From an uncultured Acidobacteriota bacterium (GTDB lineage Bacteria; Acidobacteriota; Thermoanaerobaculia; UBA5066; Gp7-AA6), in NCBI GenBank assembly GCA_963764715.1, contig CAVXTP010000001.1, positions 37,532 to 101,531 on the forward strand: 64,000 nucleotides of DNA, in the 5' to 3' direction. Under the pieces are notes generated by a model. It did no database searches. It was not told the origin of the DNA and saw only the letters and a program-made list of their open reading frames with translations. Position 1 is the first letter of the stretch. Every line of letters begins with the position of its first letter. Shown here piece after piece: positions 9,698 through 19,872 of this stretch. A program made the position numbers and the translations under genes.

Positions 9698-12264
9698 TTC
9701 AATCCCTCGACGAGGTAGAGATTCGACAGGTTGCGGAAGTAGCTGTAGGCGTAGGCACCGTTCGGCGCATTTCGGAACGCGACCAGACCGTTCACGCCGG
9801 TCGCGTCGGCCGGAAAGAACTCGCGCCAGAGCTCCTCGCGTCCGGTCTCCGGGTCGAGCGCGTAGATCCGCATCGGAATCTCGGTCGAGGTCCCCTTGCG
9901 CACGAGAAGGCGGCCGTCGGGCGCCCAACCGGCCAGCGATGATGATGCCTCGAATCCGGGAACCGCCTTCGGTTCTCCGCCGTCGACCGACACGATGAAC
10001 GCTTCGCCCTTCGGTCCCCTGGCCGCGAAACGCTTTCCGTCCGGGGACACCGTGGCCCCGCTGACGCCCTCCGCGGTCAGCGGCCGCGGAGCGCCACCCT
10101 CGACGTCGAAGACGTACGTCCGCGCGGCGCGTCCCTTCTCGACGGCGACGCCTAGAAAGTGCCGTCCGTCGGGCAGCCACCGGGCAGCCCGAACCGCGAG
10201 GCCCCCGTTCGGCACCTTCTTCGCTTCGCCGGCGCCCGTCGGGTACACGACGAGCTCGGGCGCGTCGGGCGGGCCCACGAACGCCAGCACGCTCTTCCCG
10301 TCGGCGGAAATGGACTGCGCGTTGCCTTCTCCCAGCCGCACCGCCGGCGAACCGTCGATCGCGCGCACGTAGACCGAATAGCCCTTTCCACCGCCCTCGC
10401 CCGCTTCGCTGAACAGGACGGTCCGACCGTCCTGGGAGATGTCCGACATCAGGCTCCAGTCGAGCCAGCTCAGGTCGACTTCCTTCGCGTCGCCGGCGCC
10501 GCGGGCGAGAACCCCGATCTGCGCGGTGTCGTGCGAGATGAGGACCCGGCCGTCCCGCGAGACGTCCTCGAGCGTCAGCGACCCCGCGACGCGGGCGAGC
10601 GTCCGAATCCGGCCCGACAGCGTGGCGGAGCGGAGAACGCGGTTGCTGCCGACCTCCGCCGCCGTGAACCAGACTTCCGAGCCCCCGGGCGACCAGGCGA
10701 GCCCGCTCGACGACGCGTAGACGGGCGAGATCGTGGTCTTCTTCCCGGCGCGGTCGACCACGGCCACGGATCCTCCGTCGTCGTTGACCGCCGGATGATC
10801 CAGGAACGCGATCCGGGCGCCGTCGGGCGAGATACGGGGATTGCCGATCCATCCCGCGGTCTCGAACAGGACCTTTCCGGTCGGGAACTCGAGCCGGCAC
10901 TTGCGGTTCAGGACCCGCACGATCGCGAGGTCCTTGCCGTCGGGAGACCAGTCGGCGTAGTCCACGTTCTCGAGGAGCTCGCGCGGCGCGCCGCCGGTCG
11001 CGCTCACGCGCGCGAGAGTGCCGGCGCGCGTGAAGGCGGTGTCGAAGTCGGCCTTGAGGATGACGGCGACTTCGCCCGAAGCCGACACGGCCGCGACGTC
11101 GGCGCCGGGAAGGCCGAACGGCCGCGACTCCGGGCTGTCGGGACGGCTGACGTAGATCTCGGCGGGCTTGCCGTCCCAGGCCGCCGTCGTCAGGATCGTC
11201 TTCCCGTCGGACCCGAAGCGGGCGCCCCAGATGGCGCCCTTGCGGAACGTGAGCTGGTGGAACGTCGGGGGCTCGGTCGCTCCCTTCCCGTGGCCGAGGA
11301 AATAGCCGACCGCCACGGCGGCCGCGAGGGCCGCGGCGCCGAGCGCGTACGGAACGACGCGCATCCGCGCGGACCGCTCCGGGACGGCCGGAACCGCGGT
11401 GGAGCCGGTCGTGCCCGACAGGGCCTCGAGGTCGAACGCCAGGTCGTGCGCCGAGTGGAAGCGCTCCTCGGGATTCTTTTCGAGGCAGTGCCGCACGACG
11501 CGGTCGAGGCCGGGCGCGACGTTCTTGTTGGTCGCCGAGAGGTCCGGCGGATCCTCCCGCAGGATCGCGGACATCGTCTCGGCCGCGGAGTCGCGATGGA
11601 AGGCGCGCGAGCCCGAGATCATCTCGTAGAGGACCGCTCCGAACGAGAAGATGTCCGAGCGCGCGTCCGCCTTCTTTCCCTTGACCTGCTCGGGCGCCAT
11701 GTAGCCGAGCGTGCCCAGAACGACGCCGGGTTCGGTGCCGTCGGCGGTCGGCAGGTTCGTCTGCGGGCCCGCAGCGCCATCGGCCTGCGTGAGCTTGGCG
11801 AGCCCGAAGTCGAGGATCTTCACCCGCCCGTCGTTGGTGACGAAGAGGTTCTCAGGCTTCAGGTCCCGGTGAACGATCCCCTTCTCGTGCGCGGCCGCCA
11901 GCCCTCGGGCGACCTGGATCGCGTAATCGGTCGCCTTGCGGACCGGCAGCGCGCCGCCCGAGAGGCGCGCCCGCAGCGTCTCGCCCTCCAGAAGCTCGGT
12001 GACGATGTACGGCGACCCCTCGAACGCGCCGAGCTCGTAGACCGAGGTGATGTTGGGGTGGTTGAGCCCGCCCGCGGACTGGGCCTCCTGCTCGAACCGG
12101 CGCAGCCGCTCCGGGTCCTGCGCGAAGGACGCTGGCAGCACCTTGACCGCGACGTCGCGTTTCAACCGCTCGTCGCGCGCCCGGTAGACCTCTCCCATCC
12201 CGCCGGCGCCGAGCAGGCCGAGGACCTCGTAGGGACCGACCTTCGTACCCGCGGCAAGGCTCAC
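9694..12264 (-). CDS. Ser/Thr protein kinase-TM-beta-propeller
   Basis: Hanks motifs; kinase nearly identical to 7127..9697; C-terminus [11 protein letters not shown]. Confidence 0.95.
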   Translation of the reverse strand: MSLAAGTKVGPYEVLGLLGAGGMGEVYRARDERLKRDVAVKVLPASFAQDPERLRRFEQEAQSAGGLNHPNITSVYELGAFEGSPYIVTELLEGETLRARLSGGALPVRKATDYAIQVARGLAAAHEKGIVHRDLKPENLFVTNDGRVKILDFGLAKLTQADGAAGPQTNLPTADGTEPGVVLGTLGYMAPEQVKGKKADARSDIFSFGAVLYEMISGSRAFHRDSAAETMSAILREDPPDLSATNKNVAPGLDRVVRHCLEKNPEERFHSAHDLAFDLEALSGTTGSTAVPAVPERSARMRVVPYALGAAALAAAVAVGYFLGHGKGATEPPTFHQLTFRKGAIWGARFGSDGKTILTTAAWDGKPAEIYVSRPDSPESRPFGLPGADVAAVSASGEVAVILKADFDTAFTRAGTLARVSATGGAPRELLENVDYADWSPDGKDLAIVRVLNRKCRLEFPTGKVLFETAGWIGNPRISPDGARIAFLDHPAVNDDGGSVAVVDRAGKKTTISPVYASSSGLAWSPGGSEVWFTAAEVGSNRVLRSATLSGRIRTLARVAGSLTLEDVSRDGRVLISHDTAQIGVLARGAGDAKEVDLSWLDWSLMSDISQDGRTVLFSEAGEGGGKGYSVYVRAIDGSPAVRLGEGNAQSISADGKSVLAFVGPPDAPELVVYPTGAGEAKKVPNGGLAVRAARWLPDGRHFLGVAVEKGRAARTYVFDVEGGAPRPLTAEGVSGATVSPDGKRFAARGPKGEAFIVSVDGGEPKAVPGFEASSSLAGWAPDGRLLVRKGTSTEIPMRIYALDPETGREELWREFFPADATGVNGLVAFRNAPNGAYAYSYFRNLSNLYLVEGLK

Positions 12265-14843
12265 TTCAGGTCCCTCACGCGGTACAGGGTCGAAAGAATG
12301 CGATTGAACCCCGCCGTCATGATCCGCCCGTCGGGGATGACGCGGGCCGGGCCGAACGCCGTCACGCCGGCGCTGTCGGGACCGACGAGGTCCCGGACGT
12401 GCGTTCGGTGGCCGGAGACGATGTCGATCAAGTCGACGCGGCAGGGAATGCCCACAACCGAGACGTAGAGGCCCTTTCCGTCCGCCGACCAGCCCGCGGG
12501 ATAGTCGCCAACCTGCGAGGCGGGCAGATCCACGGGCGGTCCGCCGCCGACCGGATAGAGATGGACCTTCTGGTCGGGGCCGGTCGCCGTGACGAAGCGA
12601 CCGTCGGGGGACACAAACAGGCGGCTCGGGTTCAGACCTTCCGCGCTGATCGGGGTCGGCTTCCCTCCCGCAACGGGCTGGGCATACAGCCGCGCTCCAT
12701 GGCCCGGCGCCGCGGCTTCGAAGAAGAATTTCGACCCGTCCGGAAGGAACGCGCCGTACGTGGGCCTCCCGAGCCCGTCCGGCGGGAACTCGCGGGGCTG
12801 CCCCGCCTTGACCGGAACGAGCACGAAGTGGGACGGCTCGGTGTAGGTCCGCGTCAGGGCCCAGGCGGCGTCCGGCGAGAGCGCCAGCCCCACCCCGTCG
12901 CCGAGTCGCACGGCGGGGGATCCATCCGTTTGCCGCAGGTACACCGACCCGTTGGCGCCTCCGCCCTCGCCCGATTCGTCGAACAGAAGGAGCTTCCCGT
13001 CGCTGGACAAAGCGCGATCGCCCGACCAGTCGAACCAGCCCAGATCGCGGCCCGCCGACTGATCCGGCAGGAATGCCAGGACTCCGGAGCGATAGTCGTC
13101 CTCCGTGACGAGAGCGTTCGTGCCGGCCAGATCGAGCAGGGCCGGTGTTCCTTGCATCGTCCGAAGCAGGCGCAGCTTGCCCGAAAGCGTAACCGCCCAG
13201 ATCTCACGCTCGATGCCCTGGCTTGCGGCCGTAAACCAGATCTCGCGTCCTCCCGGCGCCCAGACGAGGCCCTGGACGGTGGACCATCCCCCGGCGAGGT
13301 CGAGCTTCTTCCCCGAACGGTCCACGACGGCGATCGTGCCGTCGTCCCCGAATCCCGGGTGATCGATGAAGCCGATCTGCGATCCGTCCGGCGAGAAGCG
13401 CGGGCCCTGGATCCAGCCGGCCGTTTCGTAGAGCACCTTGCCGATCGGGAATTCGAGGCGCTCCTTTCCCGACGTTCGCTGGACCACCGCGAGATCCGTC
13501 CCTCCCGGCGCCCAATCGGCATACGTCACGTCCTGCAGGATCTCCTTCGGCGCGCCCCCCGAGAGCGGCGCCCTCGCGAGCGTTCCGGTGTAGGCGAAGC
13601 CGGCCGGAGACGGTTTCGAGTCGAGTTGAATCGCAACCTCGCCGCCGGAGGAGATTCCGAGCAGGTTCGCCGCCGGGAGATTCAGCGCGGAGGATTCCGG
13701 ATTTCCCGGCCTCAGGGAATAGATGCGAGGAGCGGCGCCTTCCCAGGCGGCACCGTAATAGACGGTCTGGCCGTCGGGCCCGAACCGGGCCGCGAGGATC
13801 GTCCCTCGCTGAAACGTCAGGCGCTGGAAGGTGGGCTGAGCTGCCGGAGCCGCCCGACGGCCGACGAACAGGCCGACCGCCGCGCCGAGAAGGATTCCGG
13901 CCGCGACGAGCGGGATCGCCCACGACCTCCGGCGCACCGGCTCGGCGACGGCCATCCCTCCGGAGGCCGACGTCGTGACCTCCGAAATGTGCTCGCGCAC
14001 GCTCTTCAAGTCCCTCGCGAGGTCGCGCGTCGACGCATAGCGCTCGTCGGCGTCCTTGGCGAGGCAGCGTTCCACGATCCATCGGAACGGGGCGGGCGCG
14101 CGCGGGTTGACCTGCGCGACCGGCTCCGGTTCGTCCCGGATGATCGCCGTCAGCGTCTCCGCGCCCGTGTTCTTCTGAAACGCGCGCTTCGAGGTCGCCA
14201 TCTCGTACAGGATCGAGCCCAGCGCAAACTGGTCGGACCGGAAGTCGACCGGGCGGCCGCTCGCCTGCTCCGGGGACATGTACCCCACCGTTCCCATCAC
14301 CGTGCCGGGCTGTGTCTCCTGGGGGATCGCGGTCGGGGCCCCGGACTCCTTGTCGCTCGGCGCGACGAAGAGCTTCGCGAGACCGAAGTCGAGGATCTTG
14401 ACGAAGCCGTCCTTCGTGACCATCACGTTTTCGGGTTTCAGGTCGCGGTGGACGATCCCTGCGCCGTGCGCCTTGGCGAGGCCTTCCGCGATCTGGACGG
14501 CGACGTCGAGCAGCTTCTTGCCCGCGAGGGGCCCGGAGGCGAGCAGCTCGCGCAGGCTCGCGCCTTCGACCAGCTCCATCGCGAGGTAGGGGGACCCGTC
14601 CGAGGATCCGATCTCGTGGATCGTGATGATGTTGGGATGGTTGAGGGCGGACGCAGCTCGCGCCTCCTGCTCGAAGCGCTTGAGGCGGTCCGGGTCCTGC
14701 GAGAACGAGGCCGGCAGGACCTTGATGGCCAGCTCGCGCGAGAGGCGGGGATCCTTCGCGCGATAAACCTCCCCCATGCCTCCCGCCCCGAGAGGCGCAA
14801 GGATCTCGTAGGGTCCGAGCTTTGTTCCGGCGGAGAGGGTCAA
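12261..14843 (-). CDS. Ser/Thr protein kinase-TM-beta-propeller
   Basis: TTG start; Hanks motifs with the GTVGYMSPEQASGRPVDFRSDQF subtype; propeller repeats. Confidence 0.95.
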   Translation of the reverse strand: MTLSAGTKLGPYEILAPLGAGGMGEVYRAKDPRLSRELAIKVLPASFSQDPDRLKRFEQEARAASALNHPNIITIHEIGSSDGSPYLAMELVEGASLRELLASGPLAGKKLLDVAVQIAEGLAKAHGAGIVHRDLKPENVMVTKDGFVKILDFGLAKLFVAPSDKESGAPTAIPQETQPGTVMGTVGYMSPEQASGRPVDFRSDQFALGSILYEMATSKRAFQKNTGAETLTAIIRDEPEPVAQVNPRAPAPFRWIVERCLAKDADERYASTRDLARDLKSVREHISEVTTSASGGMAVAEPVRRRSWAIPLVAAGILLGAAVGLFVGRRAAPAAQPTFQRLTFQRGTILAARFGPDGQTVYYGAAWEGAAPRIYSLRPGNPESSALNLPAANLLGISSGGEVAIQLDSKPSPAGFAYTGTLARAPLSGGAPKEILQDVTYADWAPGGTDLAVVQRTSGKERLEFPIGKVLYETAGWIQGPRFSPDGSQIGFIDHPGFGDDGTIAVVDRSGKKLDLAGGWSTVQGLVWAPGGREIWFTAASQGIEREIWAVTLSGKLRLLRTMQGTPALLDLAGTNALVTEDDYRSGVLAFLPDQSAGRDLGWFDWSGDRALSSDGKLLLFDESGEGGGANGSVYLRQTDGSPAVRLGDGVGLALSPDAAWALTRTYTEPSHFVLVPVKAGQPREFPPDGLGRPTYGAFLPDGSKFFFEAAAPGHGARLYAQPVAGGKPTPISAEGLNPSRLFVSPDGRFVTATGPDQKVHLYPVGGGPPVDLPASQVGDYPAGWSADGKGLYVSVVGIPCRVDLIDIVSGHRTHVRDLVGPDSAGVTAFGPARVIPDGRIMTAGFNRILSTLYRVRDLK

Positions 14844-14875
14844 GTCGGGGCGATTCTACGACGGCCGCGCTTCGT

Positions 14876-17566
14876 CTAACCGGCGGCAGCAATGAGCTTC
14901 TGAAACCGAGGATTCCCGCGCAGCGGATCGAAGTTCGGGTCGATCTTCAGCCAGCCGGGCGAAAGGATGTAGGGGATCTTTAGAAGGGGCTCGAGCTGGT
15001 CGAGCGCTTTGTCGGGCTCCCCCGCCAGGATGTAGATCCGCGCGAGCTGGTGCTGCAGGAATGGGCCGGTGAACCCGTCCTTCGCGATCGGGAGCATCGC
15101 CACGCCCTTCTGCGCCTCGGCGATCCCCTGCGCGGTGTCGCCCGCGTAGGCGAGCGCCAGACCGAGGCCCACGCGGCGCTGCGCGTCCTCGGGGGAGGAC
15201 TGCAGCTGCTCCTCGATCGCCTTCCTTGCCGCGTCGGCGTGCGCGCGCGTCTTCGCCGCGTCGCCGCGGAGGGCCCAGGCCTGCGCGAGGCAGAGGCCCC
15301 AGGTGGCGCGATCGCCGTCGAAGGCGCTCGGCGCCAGGCTCACGAGAAGGTCTCGCTGCTTCTCGTCGAGGAGCCACACGACGTCCCAGTAGGCCGCCAC
15401 GTAGGCGACGAGCGCCGCGGGTTCGACCTCCCGGGGCGCCGCGGCGAGCACGCTCCTCGCTCCCGCCAGATCGGCCTCTCCGAGAAACGTCATGGCCTTG
15501 CCTTCGATCAGGCCGAGGTGCGTCGGCGCGATGACGAGCCCCCGGTCGAAGGCCTCCCGCGCCGGGGAAAAGCGACGAAGCCAGTAGTACGCGTCGCCCA
15601 GCCGGCGCAGCACGCTGACCGAGCGGGGGTCGAGCCGTTCCGCCTTCTGCAGCGTCTCGACGGCGGCGTCCCACCGGCCGAGCGCCACATCGGCCACGGC
15701 GATCGCCGAGAGCAGGTCGGCGTTTCCGGGCGAAAGGGCCCGCGCGCGGGCGTACTGCTCGAGGGCCCGGTCGGAGTCCTTCGTCACGAGCCGTTCGTAC
15801 TGGCCCATGGCGACGTAACCGTCCGGGCGATTCGGCGCGAGGCGGACGGCCCGCTCGGCGGCCTGCCGCGCGGCCTCGGCGAGCGCGGGCGTCGGCCCGC
15901 TGTTGCCGTAGAGCATGGAGTTCGCCCTCGAAACCCTCGCCCAGGCCTGCGCAAACCCGGCATCGAGCGCCACGGCCCGCTCGTAGAAGGAGAGGGCCTG
16001 GCGCAGGCTCGGCGGGTCCTGGACACCCATGCTCCGGGAGACCTGCTCGCCCCGGAGAAACTCGTCGTACGCGGCGAGGTCCTTCGTGGGCCTTTCGTTC
16101 AACTGCTGCTGCTCGCGCGGCTGGAGCACGACGCCGAGCTCCTGCGCCACGCGCGAGGCGATGTCCGACTGCACCTGGAACACGTTGGTCAGGGCGGCGT
16201 CGAAGGGCTGCTGCCACTTGGACGCCGGCGCCTCCGAGCCCGCCACTTCGACGAGCTCCGTCGAGACGTGCACCCGACTCTCCGCCGCGGCCTTGTCCCA
16301 GCGCACCGTCGCGGTCAGGAGGTATCGCACGCCGAGCTCCCGGGCGATCTCCTGAGGCGTCTTCGTCGTCTTGCGGTAGGGAGTCGAGCTGCCGCGCGCG
16401 ATCACCTGCAGCCCCGGCAGGAGCGTCAGCTTGCCGCGGACCTCGTCGGCGATCCCGTCGGCGAAGTACTCGTCCTCGGGCGCGCCGAGATTTTCGAACG
16501 GCAGCACGGCGAGTCGGGTCGGGGCGGCCGGAGCCGCCGCGGTGGTCTTCGCCGGCCGTTGCGGCCTCAGCAGGAGGAAGAGGCCGACGGCGGCGGCGAG
16601 CCCGATCCCGCCCCAGAGGGCGAGCCGGCCGACCGGTCTCCGGCGCCTCCGGGGCGGAGGAGGCTCGGGCGCAACGGGCCGGGGGCCGCTTCCCGCCACC
16701 GCGGCCGCCGCGGAGAGCGAGGCCTCCGAGAGCGCGAAGACGACGTCCTTGGCCGACTGAAAACGGTGGTTCGGGTTTTTCTCCAGACAGTGGCGCACGA
16801 CGTGGTCGAGAGCCGGCGCGATCCCGCGACCGGACTCGGCCGGATCGGGCGGTTCGTCGCGCAGGATCGCCGTCATGGTCTCGATCGCAGAGGTCCGCCG
16901 GAAGGCCCGCTGGCCCGACAGCATCTCGTAGAGGATCGCTCCGAACGAAAAGATGTCCGAGCGGTGATCGGTTTTCGCGGCGCGCACCTGCTCCGGTGAC
17001 ATGTAGCCGGCCGTGCCGAGCACGACGCCGGGTTCGGTCAGGCCCGGGTCGGTGAGCGCCGGCGACGCCGAGCCCGCGGGGTCGCCGCCGACGCGCTTGG
17101 CGAGCCCGAAGTCGAGGATCTTCAAATGCCCTGCGTTGGTCACGAAAATGTTCTCGGGCTTCAGGTCCCGGTGGACGACCCCCTTCTCGTGCGCCGCGGA
17201 GAGCCCACGCGCGATCTGGAGCGCGTAGTCGACGGCCGCCGCCTCGGTGAGAGGGCCCGCCTCGAGGCGTCCGCGCAGCGTGTCGCCCTCGAGCAGCTCG
17301 GTGACGGCGTACGCGACGCCCTGCGCGCTTCCGAACTCGTGGATCGCAAGGATGTTCGGATGCGACAGGGCCGCGACGGCCTTGGCCTCGCGCTCGAACC
17401 GCGCATACGCGTCCTGGTCCAGCGCGAGGTTCCCGGGCAGCACCTTGATCGCCACCTCGCGATCGAGCGTCGTGTCGCGGGCGCGGTAGACCTCCCCCAT
17501 GCCTCCGGCTCCGAGGGGCGCAAGCACCTCGTAGTGGCCGAGGAGGCTGCCCTCGGAGAGTGGCAT
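14876..17566 (-). CDS. Ser/Thr protein kinase with TM, TolB-N-like domain and TPR repeats
   Basis: Start MPLSEGSLLGHYE at 17566; Hanks motifs; LAVLPFENLG...YFADGIADE (TolB-N-like); TPR helices; C-terminal IDPNFDPLRGNPRF. Confidence 0.93.
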   Translation of the reverse strand: MPLSEGSLLGHYEVLAPLGAGGMGEVYRARDTTLDREVAIKVLPGNLALDQDAYARFEREAKAVAALSHPNILAIHEFGSAQGVAYAVTELLEGDTLRGRLEAGPLTEAAAVDYALQIARGLSAAHEKGVVHRDLKPENIFVTNAGHLKILDFGLAKRVGGDPAGSASPALTDPGLTEPGVVLGTAGYMSPEQVRAAKTDHRSDIFSFGAILYEMLSGQRAFRRTSAIETMTAILRDEPPDPAESGRGIAPALDHVVRHCLEKNPNHRFQSAKDVVFALSEASLSAAAAVAGSGPRPVAPEPPPPRRRRRPVGRLALWGGIGLAAAVGLFLLLRPQRPAKTTAAAPAAPTRLAVLPFENLGAPEDEYFADGIADEVRGKLTLLPGLQVIARGSSTPYRKTTKTPQEIARELGVRYLLTATVRWDKAAAESRVHVSTELVEVAGSEAPASKWQQPFDAALTNVFQVQSDIASRVAQELGVVLQPREQQQLNERPTKDLAAYDEFLRGEQVSRSMGVQDPPSLRQALSFYERAVALDAGFAQAWARVSRANSMLYGNSGPTPALAEAARQAAERAVRLAPNRPDGYVAMGQYERLVTKDSDRALEQYARARALSPGNADLLSAIAVADVALGRWDAAVETLQKAERLDPRSVSVLRRLGDAYYWLRRFSPAREAFDRGLVIAPTHLGLIEGKAMTFLGEADLAGARSVLAAAPREVEPAALVAYVAAYWDVVWLLDEKQRDLLVSLAPSAFDGDRATWGLCLAQAWALRGDAAKTRAHADAARKAIEEQLQSSPEDAQRRVGLGLALAYAGDTAQGIAEAQKGVAMLPIAKDGFTGPFLQHQLARIYILAGEPDKALDQLEPLLKIPYILSPGWLKIDPNFDPLRGNPRFQKLIAAAG

Positions 17567-17636
17567 CGGGCGTTGTCCGGATTCTACCCGCAGTCGTGGA
17601 ATATCCTTGCCGCGCTTACTCAATCGAAAGGCCGTC

Positions 17637-19844
17637 ATGAGACCAGCGCCGACGCGTCGCCTCGCCTCGCTCATCGCCCTTCTCGGGGCCCTTCCGCTCC
17701 TGGCCCAGACCCCGCGCGAGCTCACCGTCGACTGGATCTACGGCGAGGAAGCGACCGCGGCGGCGAGGCTTCCGAAGTTCGCCTGGACGACCGCCGACGA
17801 CGTCCTCGTCCTCGATGAGCGGGCCGCTCCGCCCCGGCGGACGATCGAGCGGATCCGGGCGAAGACCGGGCAGCGCTCCGCGGCCGTCGACGCCGCCGCC
17901 GCGCTCGCGAGCCTCCGGGCGATCTCTTCGGAGAACGCCCCGGCGTCCCTCGCCTGGCCGGAGGCGTTCGATCCCGCGGGAGCCACCGGGATCTACGTCC
18001 TGGGAGACGACCTCTACGCCCTCGACCTGGCGGCGTCGCGCTTCTCGCGCCTGACCACGACGGACGCGAAGGAGACCCTGCCTCGATTCTCGCCGGACGG
18101 CCGGAAGCTCGCGTTCGTCCGAAGCAATGACCTCTACGTGATGGACCTCGCCACGAAGCGGGAGTCGCGGCTCACCTCCGACGGAAGCGACACGATCTTG
18201 AACGGCACGCTCTCCTGGGTCTACTGGGAAGAAATCTTCGACCGCGGCGATACCGGTTACTGGTGGTCGCCCGACTCGAAGTCCATCGCCTTTCTGCGGA
18301 CCGACGAATCCGGCGTCGACGTCACGACGTTCACCGACTTCGCTCCGGCGGTGCCGCGCGAGATTCGCCAGCGCTACCCGCGAACGGGCCGGCCGAACCC
18401 GGCCGTCCGACTCGCAATCACGGACCTCGCCGGGGCGAAGACGGCCTGGATGGAGCCGTCCGGAGCCGCCTACGAGTACCTCCTCGGCGTGGACTGGCTG
18501 CCCGACAGCTCCGCCGTCGTCGTCCAGACGATGAACCGGGCCCAGACGAAGCTCGACGTCTGGCGATTCGATCGCGCCGCCGGGAGAGCGACCGTGGTCC
18601 TGAGCGACAGCGATCCCGCCCTCGTGTACCAGAAGGAGATCCAGTTCGCGGACGGCGGGAGAACGTGGATCGTCTCGTTCGAGAAGAACGGCTACACGCA
18701 CCTGTACCGCTACGGCGCCGACGGCGTTCGGAAGAACGCGATCACGCAGGGCGACTGGTCGGTCCGCGGAGGCGGCGGGTACGACGCGCCCCAGGGTTCG
18801 ACCTTCATCGACGACGTGAGCGGCGACATCTATTTCTCGTCGACCGAGAAATCGCCTCTCGAATCCCACATCTACCGGATCCGGTCCGACGGCACCGGAA
18901 AGGTCCGCATCACGAAGGACGACGGAACGCACAAGGTCACGTTCTCTCCGGACCGCCGCTACTTCGTGGATGCGTACTCGAACCGGAACACCCTGCCGTC
19001 GCTGGCGCTGTACGCCGCTTCCGGCGAGCGGCTGGCGACGATCTGGGAAACCGGGCCGGACTTCCTCGCGCCCTACGGTCTGACCGCCCGCGAGCTCCTC
19101 ACGATCCCGGCGCCCGACGGCTTCCCCATCCCGGCGAGCATCCTGAAGCCGGCGGATTTCGACCCCGCCAGGAAGTATCCCGTCCTCATCCACGTCTACG
19201 GAGGGCCGGGCTCTCCGATCGTCCTGGACCGCTGGGGCCGCGACGATCTCTTCGAGCACCTTCTCGTCCAGCAGGGCTACGTCGTGGCGTCCTTCGATCC
19301 GCGCAGCGCCGCGGGTCGGAGCAAGGCGCTGGAGGACCCCGTCGTCGGCAAGATGATGAGCGACTCCGAGCTCGCCGACCTCCAGGCCGCCGTGAAGTGG
19401 CTCAAGGCCCAGTCCTGGGCGGACCCGTCGCGTTTCGGCATCTGGGGCTGGAGCGGCGGGGGCTCCTACACGCTCCTTGCGATGACCAGGACGTCGGAGT
19501 TCAAGGCCGGCATCGCCGGCGCGCCCGTGACCGACTGGCACTTCTACGACACGAAGTTCGGCGAGGCCTACATGCAGACCGCGGAGACGAACCCGGAGGG
19601 CTACGCTTACACGTCCTTCGTGAAGCGCGCGAAGGACCTCTCGGGGCGGCTGCTCCTGGTCTTCGGGACCTACGACGACAACGTCCACCCGCAGAACGAG
19701 TGGGCCTTCGCAGACGCCCTGATCGCGGCGGGCAAGCCCTTCGACATCATGGTCTACCCGATGCGCAAGCACGGCTTCGTCGACAAGCCGGCGATCCGCC
19801 ACCGGGCCGCGAAGATGCTGGAGTTCTGGAAGCTCTACCTTTGA
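17637..19844 (+). CDS. S9 family dipeptidyl peptidase IV-like, secreted
   Basis: Signal peptide; NGTLSWVYWEEI; GWSGGG nucleophile elbow; DDNVH; C-terminal His. Confidence 0.93.
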   Translation: MRPAPTRRLASLIALLGALPLLAQTPRELTVDWIYGEEATAAARLPKFAWTTADDVLVLDERAAPPRRTIERIRAKTGQRSAAVDAAAALASLRAISSENAPASLAWPEAFDPAGATGIYVLGDDLYALDLAASRFSRLTTTDAKETLPRFSPDGRKLAFVRSNDLYVMDLATKRESRLTSDGSDTILNGTLSWVYWEEIFDRGDTGYWWSPDSKSIAFLRTDESGVDVTTFTDFAPAVPREIRQRYPRTGRPNPAVRLAITDLAGAKTAWMEPSGAAYEYLLGVDWLPDSSAVVVQTMNRAQTKLDVWRFDRAAGRATVVLSDSDPALVYQKEIQFADGGRTWIVSFEKNGYTHLYRYGADGVRKNAITQGDWSVRGGGGYDAPQGSTFIDDVSGDIYFSSTEKSPLESHIYRIRSDGTGKVRITKDDGTHKVTFSPDRRYFVDAYSNRNTLPSLALYAASGERLATIWETGPDFLAPYGLTARELLTIPAPDGFPIPASILKPADFDPARKYPVLIHVYGGPGSPIVLDRWGRDDLFEHLLVQQGYVVASFDPRSAAGRSKALEDPVVGKMMSDSELADLQAAVKWLKAQSWADPSRFGIWGWSGGGSYTLLAMTRTSEFKAGIAGAPVTDWHFYDTKFGEAYMQTAETNPEGYAYTSFVKRAKDLSGRLLLVFGTYDDNVHPQNEWAFADALIAAGKPFDIMVYPMRKHGFVDKPAIRHRAAKMLEFWKLYL

Positions 19845-19872
19845 CGCCTGAACCTCGGCGAAGCTCCCGGTC

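Noticed and set aside
9698-10900. 400-aa N-terminal extension of ORF 7127..10900
   Set aside because: It overlaps gene 9694..12264 in another frame; the paralogous start is at 9697
148-16999. Long plus-strand ORFs opposite the kinase genes
   Set aside because: Antisense shadow ORFs typical of high-GC coding DNA; Arg/Gly-rich with no recognisable domains
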